Virus record (IMG/VR): IMGVR_UViG_3300037440_000207
Span: 1-40,138 of that record
DNA from: a virus
Lineage: Duplodnaviria > Caudoviricetes
Strand: one strand, 5' to 3'
DNA length: 40,138 nucleotides
A program made the translations under genes and the position numbers. Of this stretch, positions 17,258-26,438 are shown in pieces. Within the stretch, counting starts at the first letter, position 1, and every line of letters begins with the position of its first letter. The notes below the pieces were generated by a model. The model saw nothing but the letters and a program-made list of their open reading frames with translations. It searched no databases and was not told where the DNA came from.

Positions 17258-17265
17258 AAAGCAGT

Positions 17266-17297
17266 TCGCAACCCACGCAATGCGGGTTGCGATTTTT
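17266..17297 (+). terminator. Rho-independent terminator ending the head operon
   Basis: tcgcaaccc ... gggttgcga followed by ttttt. Confidence 0.8.
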
Positions 17298-17323
17298 ACT
17301 ACACCTTACGCTATGGGGGCAAT

Positions 17324-17731
17324 ATGCAGCAGACTAAAGAGTCGCAGCACATGAGTGAGTTTAGCGAAAAACGATTGTGGGCAACATTGGACGCAATAAG
17401 CGCTGATGTAAAAACTATTCAAAACGACTTAAAGGAAGTTGTTAGAATTGGTGAGAGAGTGAACAGCCATCACGATGTTTTGACGCATCACACAAAACAA
17501 CTAGATACACTAGATTCCAGATTACGCGAAAATGAGTTGTGGCAAGCTAATTTCGGCGATAGAAAAACAGCAGAATCAACAGTAAGTGAATTACGAAATA
17601 AAATTCGTGAGTTGGAATTAGGCGCTAGAAAATTTTCAGGAGAAAAAGCAGTAACAAAATCCGTTGCGTTTTGGTGCTTTTCACTTTTGTCAGCGTACAT
17701 AATTTTTAAAATCACAGCCCCTGGGATATAA
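17324..17731 (+). CDS. Coiled-coil protein with C-terminal membrane anchor (possible holin or antiholin-type)
   Basis: Heptad-rich body; hydrophobic VAFWCFSLLSAYIIF tail; start could be 17351. Confidence 0.6.
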   Translation: MQQTKESQHMSEFSEKRLWATLDAISADVKTIQNDLKEVVRIGERVNSHHDVLTHHTKQLDTLDSRLRENELWQANFGDRKTAESTVSELRNKIRELELGARKFSGEKAVTKSVAFWCFSLLSAYIIFKITAPGI

Positions 17732-17732
17732 A

Positions 17733-18131
17733 ATGTGTAATACGCCGGAAGAATTCAGAATTAGATTTCCAGAATTTTCGGATGATCAAGAATATTCTGA
17801 CGCGCGTATTACTCTATTTTTAGACGACGCGATTTGTTTTATTGGAAATAGCGCAGCCCGGTGGTGTAGTCAATGCTTGTTCGACAAAGCTAAATGCTAT
17901 TTGGCCGCGCATTTGTTATGGAAAGCAACATTAACAGAAGCTGGTGACACAACTTCTAGTTTAGGTTCAATAACAACTAAAACTGCTGGTGGCGTTTCTG
18001 TTACCAGATCAGCAGGAACAACAGACAGATCATTGAGTGATGATTTTTATGCATCAACACCTTACGGAATACAATATATGAATATTCGCAACCGGTGCTT
18101 TGTTGGTGTGTTAACTGCGCGGTTTTGCTAA
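17733..18131 (+). CDS. Head-tail adaptor (DUF4054 family)
   Basis: FRIRFPEF, YLAAHLL, GGVSV, STPYGIQY motifs. Confidence 0.88.
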   Translation: MCNTPEEFRIRFPEFSDDQEYSDARITLFLDDAICFIGNSAARWCSQCLFDKAKCYLAAHLLWKATLTEAGDTTSSLGSITTKTAGGVSVTRSAGTTDRSLSDDFYASTPYGIQYMNIRNRCFVGVLTARFC

Positions 18132-18589
18132 TGGCAAAACCAACTGTTAAAATAAAGGGTGAAGCGAAAAAAGCATTAGCGGCTTTAGAAAAAATCAATA
18201 TAGAATTTTCTAAAGGTTCTGACAGGGTAAAAATAGGTTTGCCGAAAGGCTCGAATAATTATCCAGACGGAACCAGTGTTATTATGGTTGGCGCGGTACA
18301 TGAATTCGGTTCACCTTCTCGCGGTATTCCTGAGCGCAGTTATTTGAGAACATCTTTAAGTGATAATAGAGCTAAATATAAAGGACTATTCCGCAAACTC
18401 AGTTCGCAAATTGTAGATGGCGTTAGATCAAAATTGGAAGCATTGCAAATTATTGGTTTATCGGCGCAACAGGATGTTTTTGCAAAAATTACCGATATTA
18501 AAACACCGGAATTGCTACACAGAGAAGGGAACCCGCTTGTTGACACTGGCCATTTACGGCAGTCAATAACGTTCATTGTCGAGGATTAA
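18131..18589 (+). CDS. Neck / tail completion (virion morphogenesis) protein
   Basis: AVHEFGS..RGIPERSYLR, PLVDTGHLRQSI. Confidence 0.85.
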   Translation: MAKPTVKIKGEAKKALAALEKINIEFSKGSDRVKIGLPKGSNNYPDGTSVIMVGAVHEFGSPSRGIPERSYLRTSLSDNRAKYKGLFRKLSSQIVDGVRSKLEALQIIGLSAQQDVFAKITDIKTPELLHREGNPLVDTGHLRQSITFIVED

Positions 18590-18955
18590 ATGCCGATAAA
18601 TGTGAGCGAAGCGATAGACGGAGAAACTGCGCAAGTCGTTTCTTTTTTGCGTCAAGTTGGCGGGAGTTATGTCAATGGGATATGGGTTCCACCAACAAGC
18701 GAATCGTTTAAATCAATGTGTAGTGTACAACAACCTACACCACAACAGCTGCTTGTTATACCGGAAGGGGAAAGAAATAAGGATATTAGGCTTTTTATCT
18801 CAAAGAAACCGCTTAGAACTACGGATGATAAAGCGGGCACAATAGGGGATATTGCTCTATACGCGGGTAAAAGGTTTCGTATGATGTGGGAAGGGGATTG
18901 GAATGCATACGGCCATTCAACAATGTTAGGCGCTGCTGAAAATGATCCCGAATGA
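18590..18955 (+). CDS. Head closure protein
   Basis: G.YVNG.WV, SVQQ, IPEGER, W.AYG motifs; synteny. Confidence 0.75.
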   Translation: MPINVSEAIDGETAQVVSFLRQVGGSYVNGIWVPPTSESFKSMCSVQQPTPQQLLVIPEGERNKDIRLFISKKPLRTTDDKAGTIGDIALYAGKRFRMMWEGDWNAYGHSTMLGAAENDPE

Positions 18956-19475
18956 AATTATAAACGCGTTTTTGCGCAATGTGATTAATTTATCAGTCGC
19001 GCAACCCGCATTTGCAATTCGGGGAAAACAATACGGCGCCCCTCGCCCTATAGGCGCGTATGCTTCCGTTGATCTACTCACCGACACTAGTGTTGGATGG
19101 GAAGAAAGCGGTTATACTAACAACGATTTAGACCCAGATGTTACTGAAACAATCAGGGGCGCCCGTAGAATTGGGTATTCAATTAATTTTTTCCGACAAA
19201 ATGCTGTTGATAATTGCCGCCATTTCCGCACATTTTTGGCGCGGGAAAATATAAGACAGCTTTTTGTCGAAGCTAATTTAGGACTATTGACACGCTCGGA
19301 AGTGCGCGATTTAACCGCAGCGTTAGAAGACGGATTCGAGGAACGGGCGCAAGTTGATATTTTCCTTTCCGCAGTTGGTAGTGATGCGGACATTGTTACC
19401 GCGATCGAAACAGCCTCGCTTAGCGGTACATTTGAAACACGAGGATTAATTTTTGAAATTGAAGCGGAGATTTAA
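18942..19475 (+). CDS. Tail terminator / neck protein
   Basis: Directly before the sheath gene; APRP...YA and EERAQVD motifs. Confidence 0.72.
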   Translation: MIPNEIINAFLRNVINLSVAQPAFAIRGKQYGAPRPIGAYASVDLLTDTSVGWEESGYTNNDLDPDVTETIRGARRIGYSINFFRQNAVDNCRHFRTFLARENIRQLFVEANLGLLTRSEVRDLTAALEDGFEERAQVDIFLSAVGSDADIVTAIETASLSGTFETRGLIFEIEAEI

Positions 19476-19478
19476 TTT

Positions 19479-20981
19479 ATGAGTATCCCAGTTGAGAGTA
19501 TTGTTTCGGTCGATATTGTCATATCGCCAGAATTCCCGGCGCGTTTCGGGTTTGGTATTGCGACCGTGGTTTCAACAACCGCAGGGCTGCAACCTGCTGT
19601 AATTGATCAATATACCGCAGATAGAATTCGCACTTATTCAACAACTGATGAGGTTGCGGAAGATTGGCAAACAACCTCGCAATCTTACCTCGCGGCACAA
19701 AGTTATTTTTCACAGCGGCCCCGGCCCTCAACTTTAAAAATTGCGTTGCGATTTGAAAGTAACACTTCTGGCAGTTTGATCGGCGGAACAATTGTTGATC
19801 CGGTGACAACTCTAGCAGACTTACAATCGTTCGCAGATGGCGCGTTTATAATTTCAATAGACGGCGATGAACAAGAAATTGAATCATTAGATTTTACCGG
19901 CGATTTAAGTTTATCTGACGTTGCACTCACAATCGAATTGGGGTTGCAAGCTGTAGCAACTGGAGGTTATACAGCTGCGCAAGTGGCATATAATTTAACT
20001 AGCAACACCTTTGTAGTAACATCCGGCACAACTGGGGCAACGTCTTCTGTTAGTTTTGCTTCTGCGCCAACTGGGGGAAGCGACATTAGCGACCTTACTG
20101 GGCTAAGCCAAGATGAAGGTGCAACGCTCAGTGCAGGCGTAGACGGCGAGACGATTACCGAATCATTAGACGCAATTGAGCAAACTGACTCCAACTGGTA
20201 TGGATTAGCGTTCACAAACGAAGTTCGAGATTTAGTACAAGTTAACGGTGAAGACGCTATAGAAGCCGCCGCAGCCTGGGTTGAAGCAAGAACTAAAATT
20301 TTGTTCACAGTTACAAATGATGAAAACGCACTAATACTAGCATCGACTACTGACATAGGCTCGGTGTTACAGGCGGGAAGTTTCACGCGCTCATTAGTGA
20401 TGTACAGCAGTTCGCCCGCGCAATATCCTGATTTATCGGCACTAGGCCGCGCGTTTACTACGAATTTCACTCAGCCCGACAGTGTTATAACGCTGAAATT
20501 TAAGCAATTGCCCGGAATCACATTTGAGACTATTTCGTCAAACCAGTACTCTGTTTTGCGGTCAAAGCGTATTAATAGTTATGTTGATGGTACTGCCATT
20601 TTTGCCGAATCAACAATGGCCAGCCAATTTTTCTTTGATGAAGTGTATGGGGTTGATTGGCTAACTGATGCAATTCAAACGCAGATTTTCGGTTATCTAG
20701 TCACCCGCCCGACTCGCGTACCGTACACTGATAAAGGTGCGGCGGCATTAGAACAGCAATTGATTTTTGTTTTAGACGAAGCGGTTAGAAATGGGCTTGT
20801 TGCTCCTGGTACGACGCAAGAGGGGGATTTCCTTTCTACAGGTTATCGCGTAACGACTATTCCAGTTGCGGACATTAATCCTTCTGATAAAGTAAATCGC
20901 CATTATCCAGGTCTATCGTTTATCGCACTTGGCGCGGGCGCAATTCATAGTGTGCAAATTAATGGAGTGTTTGAACGATGA
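19479..20981 (+). CDS. Tail sheath protein (DUF3383 family)
   Basis: IVSVDI, YLAAQSYFSQRPRP, TLKFKQLPGI, FFDEVYGVDWL, VPYTDKG, GAIHSV.I.G. Confidence 0.92.
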   Translation: MSIPVESIVSVDIVISPEFPARFGFGIATVVSTTAGLQPAVIDQYTADRIRTYSTTDEVAEDWQTTSQSYLAAQSYFSQRPRPSTLKIALRFESNTSGSLIGGTIVDPVTTLADLQSFADGAFIISIDGDEQEIESLDFTGDLSLSDVALTIELGLQAVATGGYTAAQVAYNLTSNTFVVTSGTTGATSSVSFASAPTGGSDISDLTGLSQDEGATLSAGVDGETITESLDAIEQTDSNWYGLAFTNEVRDLVQVNGEDAIEAAAAWVEARTKILFTVTNDENALILASTTDIGSVLQAGSFTRSLVMYSSSPAQYPDLSALGRAFTTNFTQPDSVITLKFKQLPGITFETISSNQYSVLRSKRINSYVDGTAIFAESTMASQFFFDEVYGVDWLTDAIQTQIFGYLVTRPTRVPYTDKGAAALEQQLIFVLDEAVRNGLVAPGTTQEGDFLSTGYRVTTIPVADINPSDKVNRHYPGLSFIALGAGAIHSVQINGVFER

Positions 20982-21397
20982 AAGATTATAGTTTTCTAAA
21001 CACAATTTTGCTTGTCAACGGTGTTCCGATTTCGGGATTTGACGAGGGTGACGATGTTATCGCGCTTGATCGTTTGGACGATTCCGCATTTAGTATGGTT
21101 GGTGCCGATGGTGAAATGGTCGTCTCTATTAGTGCGGATCGTCGCGGCTCGGTAACTTTTCGACTGGAACAAACGTCGGATAGCAACGCCTATTTGTCCG
21201 GGCTAATTTCTGCGCAAGAGAATGGGGCGTTTGTTCCTATTTTTGTGCAATTCCGCGATACGCGCAGTGGCGATTTGGGCTCTGGCACACAAGGATTTAT
21301 CCCTCGCCCAGCAACAATGACGCGCGGCACAAATCAGAACGGGCAAGAGTGGATGATTGTTGTCGAGCGGCTTGATTTGCTGCACATGGGCGGCTGA
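20978..21397 (+). CDS. Tail tube protein (DUF3277 family)
   Basis: YSF, VGADGE, G.VTF.LEQTSDSNAYL motifs; follows the sheath gene. Confidence 0.88.
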   Translation: MKDYSFLNTILLVNGVPISGFDEGDDVIALDRLDDSAFSMVGADGEMVVSISADRRGSVTFRLEQTSDSNAYLSGLISAQENGAFVPIFVQFRDTRSGDLGSGTQGFIPRPATMTRGTNQNGQEWMIVVERLDLLHMGG

Positions 21398-21402
21398 CGA
21401 TT

Positions 21403-21489
21403 TCCGCGCGGGAGTCCCGCTTACAGTGGCCCGGCCCCATTGTAAGCGCCCGCGCGGATTCTAACAGGCCGGGTATATTCTACCGGGAG
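21403..21489 (+). other. Structured RNA element (long stem-loop with potential pseudoknot) between tube and chaperone genes
   Basis: Stems 21403-21412/21449-21458 and 21418-21429/21437-21448; loop cccggcc is complementary to ggccggg at 21467-21473. Confidence 0.6.
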
Positions 21490-21497
21490 TTTATATA

Positions 21498-21929
21498 ATG
21501 GCGTGTAAAACAGAAAGCAAGACTATTGGTGATACTGAATTTAGTGTTACACAATGGCCTGCTGAAAAATCAATGTTGATGAAAATGCGATTAGCCAAAG
21601 CTGTTGGGCCTGCTTTGGCTAAATTAGCTGCGTTTGATGATAAAAAAACAAACAAAAATCAGCAGCTAACTGGCGCGTCTGATGCTATTTCAATTTTGTT
21701 CAAAGACAATTCACCAGAAGAAGTCACCAAACTGATAAAAGATTGCGTTGTCGGTGTTTCCAGAAATGGTGAAATTGTTACAGAAAGCGGATTTAATCAG
21801 CATTTTTCAGGTGATAGTCTTTCGGATGTTTATAAGGTTTTCTTTTTTGTAATCTCGGTTAACTATCGAAATTTTATCAAAGGCCAGTATATAGACAAAA
21901 TGCTGGCCAAAGTGAATCTAAGCGGTTAG
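21498..21929 (+). CDS. Tail assembly chaperone (G-type product)
   Basis: Between tube and tape measure genes; GGGAG RBS; contains slippery heptamer AAATTTT at 21869-21875. Confidence 0.85.
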   Translation: MACKTESKTIGDTEFSVTQWPAEKSMLMKMRLAKAVGPALAKLAAFDDKKTNKNQQLTGASDAISILFKDNSPEEVTKLIKDCVVGVSRNGEIVTESGFNQHFSGDSLSDVYKVFFFVISVNYRNFIKGQYIDKMLAKVNLSG

Positions 21930-22111
21930 ATATTAAAAAGTTTCCGAATATTAACCCTGAACTACATCGACCTTTATTCAGCGACCCGCCGATGTGTACA
22001 TTGGGCGAATTGCAAAATGGCACTTACTCAATAGAGGATGTTTACTTAATGAATGAAATACTCGACTTGAAAATTGCCATGGCGCCTAAGCCTAAACGCG
22101 GGAATCGGTAA
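21869..22111 (+). CDS. Tail assembly chaperone -1 frameshift extension (GT-type product)
   Basis: -1 frame is open from 21863 to TAA 22109-22111 and encodes ...HRPLFSDPPMCTLGELQNGTYSIEDVYLMNEILD...; not in the ORF track. Confidence 0.8.
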   Translation, partial: KFYQRPVYRQNAGQSESKRLDIKKFPNINPELHRPLFSDPPMCTLGELQNGTYSIEDVYLMNEILDLKIAMAPKPKRGNR

Positions 22112-23530
22112 ATGGCAGTTCTTGATGAGCTATTAGTCAGCTTAGGTTTTGAGTATGACGATGCAGAATTAGAAGAATTTCAGCGGGATTTAGATAAATC
22201 AATCGGCTTATTGAAAACCATTGCAAAAGCGGCTGTTGCCGCCGCTGGCGCTCTCGTCACTTTTACGGTTGCCAGTACGCGGGCGACCGACGAACAGGGG
22301 AAACTCGCTGACGAGATAGGGGTTACTATCTCCGAATTGGACGCGCTACAGTTTGCCGGAAGCCGCGCGGGCGCGTCTGTTGATGGTGTCAATTCATCAT
22401 TACGCGGATTGCTTGAACGCGCTGGGGAGGCTGCCAGAGGGGTTGGCGCAGGTGTTGAAATATTCGGCATCCTGGGCGTTGAAGTACAGGGTGCAAACGG
22501 GCAACTAAAAAGTGCAACGCAACTTTTTACAGAAGTTTCAGGGGCCATTTCTGATTTAGATCGCGGGTCGCAAATTGAAATGGCCAAAAAACTTGGCCTT
22601 GAAGGTGCAATCCGATTATTGCAGCAGGGGCCCGGTGCTATTCGCGAATTGGTGGGAGAAGCGAATGCACTGGGCGTAGCCACCGCAGAAGACGCAAGGA
22701 TTTCCGCGGATTTTCAAGACTCATTAACTGATTTGTGGGCAATTGTTCGTCAACTCGGCAGAACACTTTCCCGCGAAGTTGCGCCAATTCTAACAAAAAT
22801 TGCAAACACAGTTTCTGAATGGTGGAAACAAAACCGAGAAGTGATTGAGCAAAACCTGCCGAAATGGATTGATGGGTTAATGCGATCTTTGAAAATTTTA
22901 GCAGTAATTATCGCGTCTGTAATTGCTGCTAAATTTCTAACTTTTTTGGCAACATCTATAAGTTTGACCAAAACGTTAACAACAACAATGTTAGCGTTTA
23001 ATGCCGCAGCGCTATTAATTCCAATTTTAATGGGGGCCGCAATCCTATTGTTGATAGGCTTGATTGAAGACGCGGTAGTTTTCTTTCGCGGTGGGGAAAG
23101 TGTATTCGGCGACCTCATTGCTAAATTCCCCGAATTTGAAAGAGAACTAACAACTGTAGCGGGCATTTTCAATGCGATGTGGGAAACTGTAAAGTTAATT
23201 GCGGAAGGCTGGGGTTTAATTTTTGAGTTAATTGGAAAAATAAAAATCCCAGAATTTAGCGGTATAGGTACAGCCCAACAGGGGGAAGCGGCGAGAGAAG
23301 CGCGGGAAAATTTCCAATTCGGCGATCTACTTTCTATATTTTCGACAAGGGGTTTTGATTTACCACCTGAATTTCAAACGCAATCAGCAACAAACAATGC
23401 TGCAACAAACAATATTGATAAGATAGAAATTAATGTAAATGGTAGCGGTGATCCGCGTGAAATTGCAAACGAAACGTTTAAAATGTTCATGCAAGCAACA
23501 CAAGATTTAGAAACTCCGGTAGATATATAA
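22112..23530 (+). CDS. Tape measure protein (472 aa)
   Basis: VLDELLVSLGF N-terminus, Ala-rich helical body, hydrophobic segments; position. Confidence 0.88.
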   Translation: MAVLDELLVSLGFEYDDAELEEFQRDLDKSIGLLKTIAKAAVAAAGALVTFTVASTRATDEQGKLADEIGVTISELDALQFAGSRAGASVDGVNSSLRGLLERAGEAARGVGAGVEIFGILGVEVQGANGQLKSATQLFTEVSGAISDLDRGSQIEMAKKLGLEGAIRLLQQGPGAIRELVGEANALGVATAEDARISADFQDSLTDLWAIVRQLGRTLSREVAPILTKIANTVSEWWKQNREVIEQNLPKWIDGLMRSLKILAVIIASVIAAKFLTFLATSISLTKTLTTTMLAFNAAALLIPILMGAAILLLIGLIEDAVVFFRGGESVFGDLIAKFPEFERELTTVAGIFNAMWETVKLIAEGWGLIFELIGKIKIPEFSGIGTAQQGEAAREARENFQFGDLLSIFSTRGFDLPPEFQTQSATNNAATNNIDKIEINVNGSGDPREIANETFKMFMQATQDLETPVDI

Positions 23531-23531
23531 A

Positions 23532-24146
23532 ATGGCATTTGAAAATTTATTTATTCGGAGTAAGCGAACATTAGGAGGGATACAGCTAGACGCTGTTATT
23601 TCTGAAAGCCACAATAATACCGTCAGAGTGACGACAAATCCTGTTGAAGCGGGATTCGAGATTGCTGATAACGCGGTAAACGATCCTAAGCAAATTGCGA
23701 TTGAAGCGGTTATTTCAGACTCACCGCTAGGAGTTGCAGCGTTTGGGCAAATCATTGATTTGATAACCGGCTTATTCGGCACAGCCACTGCAAGAAATCT
23801 GACCCGCAGTAATGCCGCGTATAACGCGCTGGTGCAATTGCAAGAGGCCCGGCAACCTATAACGATTCAAACACGATTAACCGAATATGAAGATATGGTT
23901 ATAACGTCTATTCAATGCACACAAAACGCGCAAACTTCGAGAATAACCCGGCTTTTTATAACCGCGCAACAATTAATAATAACCCAATCAACATTAATCG
24001 GCTTATCTCGCGAACAATTATTCCCTGGGTCGCCAACTGAACAAGGACAATCCCCAGAAAATATAGGGCGAAAGGAACCTACACCACCAAGCTCAGCAAC
24101 AGATAGGTCAACCCTTAAAACTTTATCGGATTTTATATTCGGATGA
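23532..24146 (+). CDS. Baseplate / tube initiator (Dit-like) protein
   Basis: DAVISESH, VTTNPVEAG..IADNA, YEDMVITS motifs. Confidence 0.82.
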   Translation: MAFENLFIRSKRTLGGIQLDAVISESHNNTVRVTTNPVEAGFEIADNAVNDPKQIAIEAVISDSPLGVAAFGQIIDLITGLFGTATARNLTRSNAAYNALVQLQEARQPITIQTRLTEYEDMVITSIQCTQNAQTSRITRLFITAQQLIITQSTLIGLSREQLFPGSPTEQGQSPENIGRKEPTPPSSATDRSTLKTLSDFIFG

Positions 24147-24484
24147 TTGAAATACCATTAGACAATTCGCCTGAACAAGTTTTTTCAATTAGATTGGAAA
24201 ATTTAGTGTATCGCTTACGCGTAACGCTTAATTCGAGGTTAGCAGTTTGGGACATTGGTTTTTGGCGTAACGATATTCCTGTTGTTACCGGGGTTGCTTT
24301 ATTGGGTGGAATAGATATTCTAAACCAGTATAATTTAGCACTTAAAAATTTATTTGTTGTAAATACAGAAGGTGAACCGTTGGACCCCACAAAAGAAAAC
24401 CTCGGAACTGGTAACAGGTTAATTCTAATTCCAGAAGATGAGTTTATAGAATTAGAGTTTTTGGATTCTATCGGCAATGGCTAA
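24143..24484 (+). CDS. Baseplate plug-type protein
   Basis: IEIPL..SPEQ.F.I.L, NSR..VW, G.DIL.QY motifs; synteny. Confidence 0.78.
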   Translation: MIEIPLDNSPEQVFSIRLENLVYRLRVTLNSRLAVWDIGFWRNDIPVVTGVALLGGIDILNQYNLALKNLFVVNTEGEPLDPTKENLGTGNRLILIPEDEFIELEFLDSIGNG

Positions 24485-25361
24485 TCAATATTTAAGAGAT
24501 TATGATTTTACAATTGTGCCTGTGGAAGGTGATTCTAAAATTATTTTAGATTTGCGAATTTCGTTTGAAATTACAAAAAGTGTTATTAGTTTTCCGAATT
24601 TAGCTAGAATCTCAATTTATAATGTCAATTCTGAAACTTTGTCATTATTGCAAACACAAGGCACTTTGATTGTCTTAAACGCGGGCTATAGTGGGAATAA
24701 GCGCGTTATTTTCAGAGGGGAAATTAGAAATATATTTCAAGCTAAACAAGGTGTCGATAGAATCGTAACAATATATGCGGCGGATGGCGACCGAGATTTT
24801 AGGCGGGCGATTTTCAATAAAACATTTACCGAAAATGTAACGATAAGCGCCGCTATTCAAGAAGTGTTAGAATCATTTAAAGATGTTGCTATAGGAACCA
24901 TTCAAGGATTGCCCATGGTTGCGGATAAATTGCGCGGGCAAACTCTGACTGGTAAATCGGCAGATATACTAGACCAATTCGCTGATGAATATAATTTCGA
25001 TTGGAATATATTAGACGGTGAAATTGTAATAACTCCAAATGATTCGCCCATAGAAGGTATTGAGGCAGTTTTAATTAATTTTGCTACCGGGATGATCGGT
25101 TTACCGACTATTACAGAATCGCAATTAGGCGTAGGTGGTGTTGAAGTTACAAGCTTATTAAATCCGCTACTAATTCCTAACGGAGCGTTTATAGTCGAAG
25201 CCAGCGGAACAGAAGTACAAGTCGGTAATTTATTTTTCAGACAATTAAAACGAACATCCGCAAACGGGTTATATAAATGTCAGGAAGTGACATTTAGAGG
25301 CGATAGCCGCGAAGGAGAATGGGTATCTATTGCAAAAGGGAAGGCGATAAGCAATGGCTGA
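24477..25361 (+). CDS. Baseplate hub protein
   Basis: LRISFEI.K, N.A.I.IYN, L.AGY, IF.GEI, TGMIG.P, LLNP, GDSR..EW motifs. Confidence 0.85.
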   Translation: MANQYLRDYDFTIVPVEGDSKIILDLRISFEITKSVISFPNLARISIYNVNSETLSLLQTQGTLIVLNAGYSGNKRVIFRGEIRNIFQAKQGVDRIVTIYAADGDRDFRRAIFNKTFTENVTISAAIQEVLESFKDVAIGTIQGLPMVADKLRGQTLTGKSADILDQFADEYNFDWNILDGEIVITPNDSPIEGIEAVLINFATGMIGLPTITESQLGVGGVEVTSLLNPLLIPNGAFIVEASGTEVQVGNLFFRQLKRTSANGLYKCQEVTFRGDSREGEWVSIAKGKAISNG

Positions 25362-26076
25362 CAAATCGGAAAAGTTAGCAACATTACCGTCAACTATTAA
25401 AGTTGCATTAGAATCTCGACTTTTAGATTTACATACCGCATTGCCGGGAATAATTGAAGAATTCAACCCAGTAACACAAACAGCAAGCGTTCAGCCGACT
25501 GTTAAACGAGTATTCAAAATACAAGATCAGGATACGGAAGAATTGGTGCCGGAAAATTTGCCGCTTTGTATTAATGTGCCAGTTGCATGTTTGCGGGGCG
25601 GCGGGTTTTCAATTACACTCCCGGTAAAGCCGGGCGATGAGTGCTTATTAATATTTTGCGAAAGGGCGTTTGATAGCTGGTTTCAAACCGCAGAAATACG
25701 ACACCCAAATACAAAACGGAAACACTCTCTAAGCGATGCTATTGCAATTGTTGGTATTTCATCATTACCCAATTCTATTCCAGATTACGACCCCGACAAT
25801 TTGGAAATAAAAAAAGACGACAATAGCGTTTCAATAAAATTAACCGCAACAGGCTTGGAAATAAATACCAGTGGCGATATAAATGTAAGCGCAGGTGGGG
25901 ACGCAAATATTACGGCCAATAACGTCAACATTGACGCGAGCGTTACAAATTTAGGAGTTGGCGGAGAACCTATAGCGCGGGTAGGCGATGAGGTTCAGGT
26001 TATAATTACTAGTGGGAGCAGTGCTGGAACATGGGACGGCACAATAACATCAGGCGGAGATAATACCTCTATATGA
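25354..26076 (+). CDS. Baseplate spike (Gp138-type N-terminal domain, PAAR-like C-terminal tip)
   Basis: LHTALPGII, PVKPGDECLLIFCER..D.W, RKHSLSDA; C-terminal PIARVGD...GTITSG. Confidence 0.88.
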   Translation: MADKSEKLATLPSTIKVALESRLLDLHTALPGIIEEFNPVTQTASVQPTVKRVFKIQDQDTEELVPENLPLCINVPVACLRGGGFSITLPVKPGDECLLIFCERAFDSWFQTAEIRHPNTKRKHSLSDAIAIVGISSLPNSIPDYDPDNLEIKKDDNSVSIKLTATGLEINTSGDINVSAGGDANITANNVNIDASVTNLGVGGEPIARVGDEVQVIITSGSSAGTWDGTITSGGDNTSI

Positions 26077-26438
26077 TAGGTAGAGCGCTAAATTCAAGTA
26101 ATGACCTTATAATTGAAAACGGGTCTTTTAAATTGGTTTCTGATGCAGCGGAAGTTATTCAGCATGTTAGAACGCGTCTTCTGTTTTATATGGCAGAATG
26201 GTTTTTAGATACAAACGCTGGCGTACCTTGGTTGCAACAGATTTTTATTCGCCCAACTAATTTAGGAAATATCGAATCAATTTTGAAACAAACTATATTA
26301 CAAACTCCGGGCATTTTACTGTTAAGCGAATTTGAAATGGATTACATTGGCGGTAATGATAGGCTACTACACGTTATATTTTCCGCTGAAACGGAATTCG
26401 GACAAATAAACCGGGAAGAGGTTACAGTCAATGCCTGA
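26073..26438 (+). CDS. Baseplate wedge / sheath initiator (gp25, DUF2634-like)
   Basis: QHVRTRL, EWFLDT.AGVPW, ILQTPG, TEFG motifs. Confidence 0.82.
   Translation: MIGRALNSSNDLIIENGSFKLVSDAAEVIQHVRTRLLFYMAEWFLDTNAGVPWLQQIFIRPTNLGNIESILKQTILQTPGILLLSEFEMDYIGGNDRLLHVIFSAETEFGQINREEVTVNA

Noticed and set aside
21395-21445. Stop-codon readthrough of the tail tube gene stimulated by the downstream stem
   Set aside because: The same frame reaches TAA about 15 codons later, so no meaningful extension results
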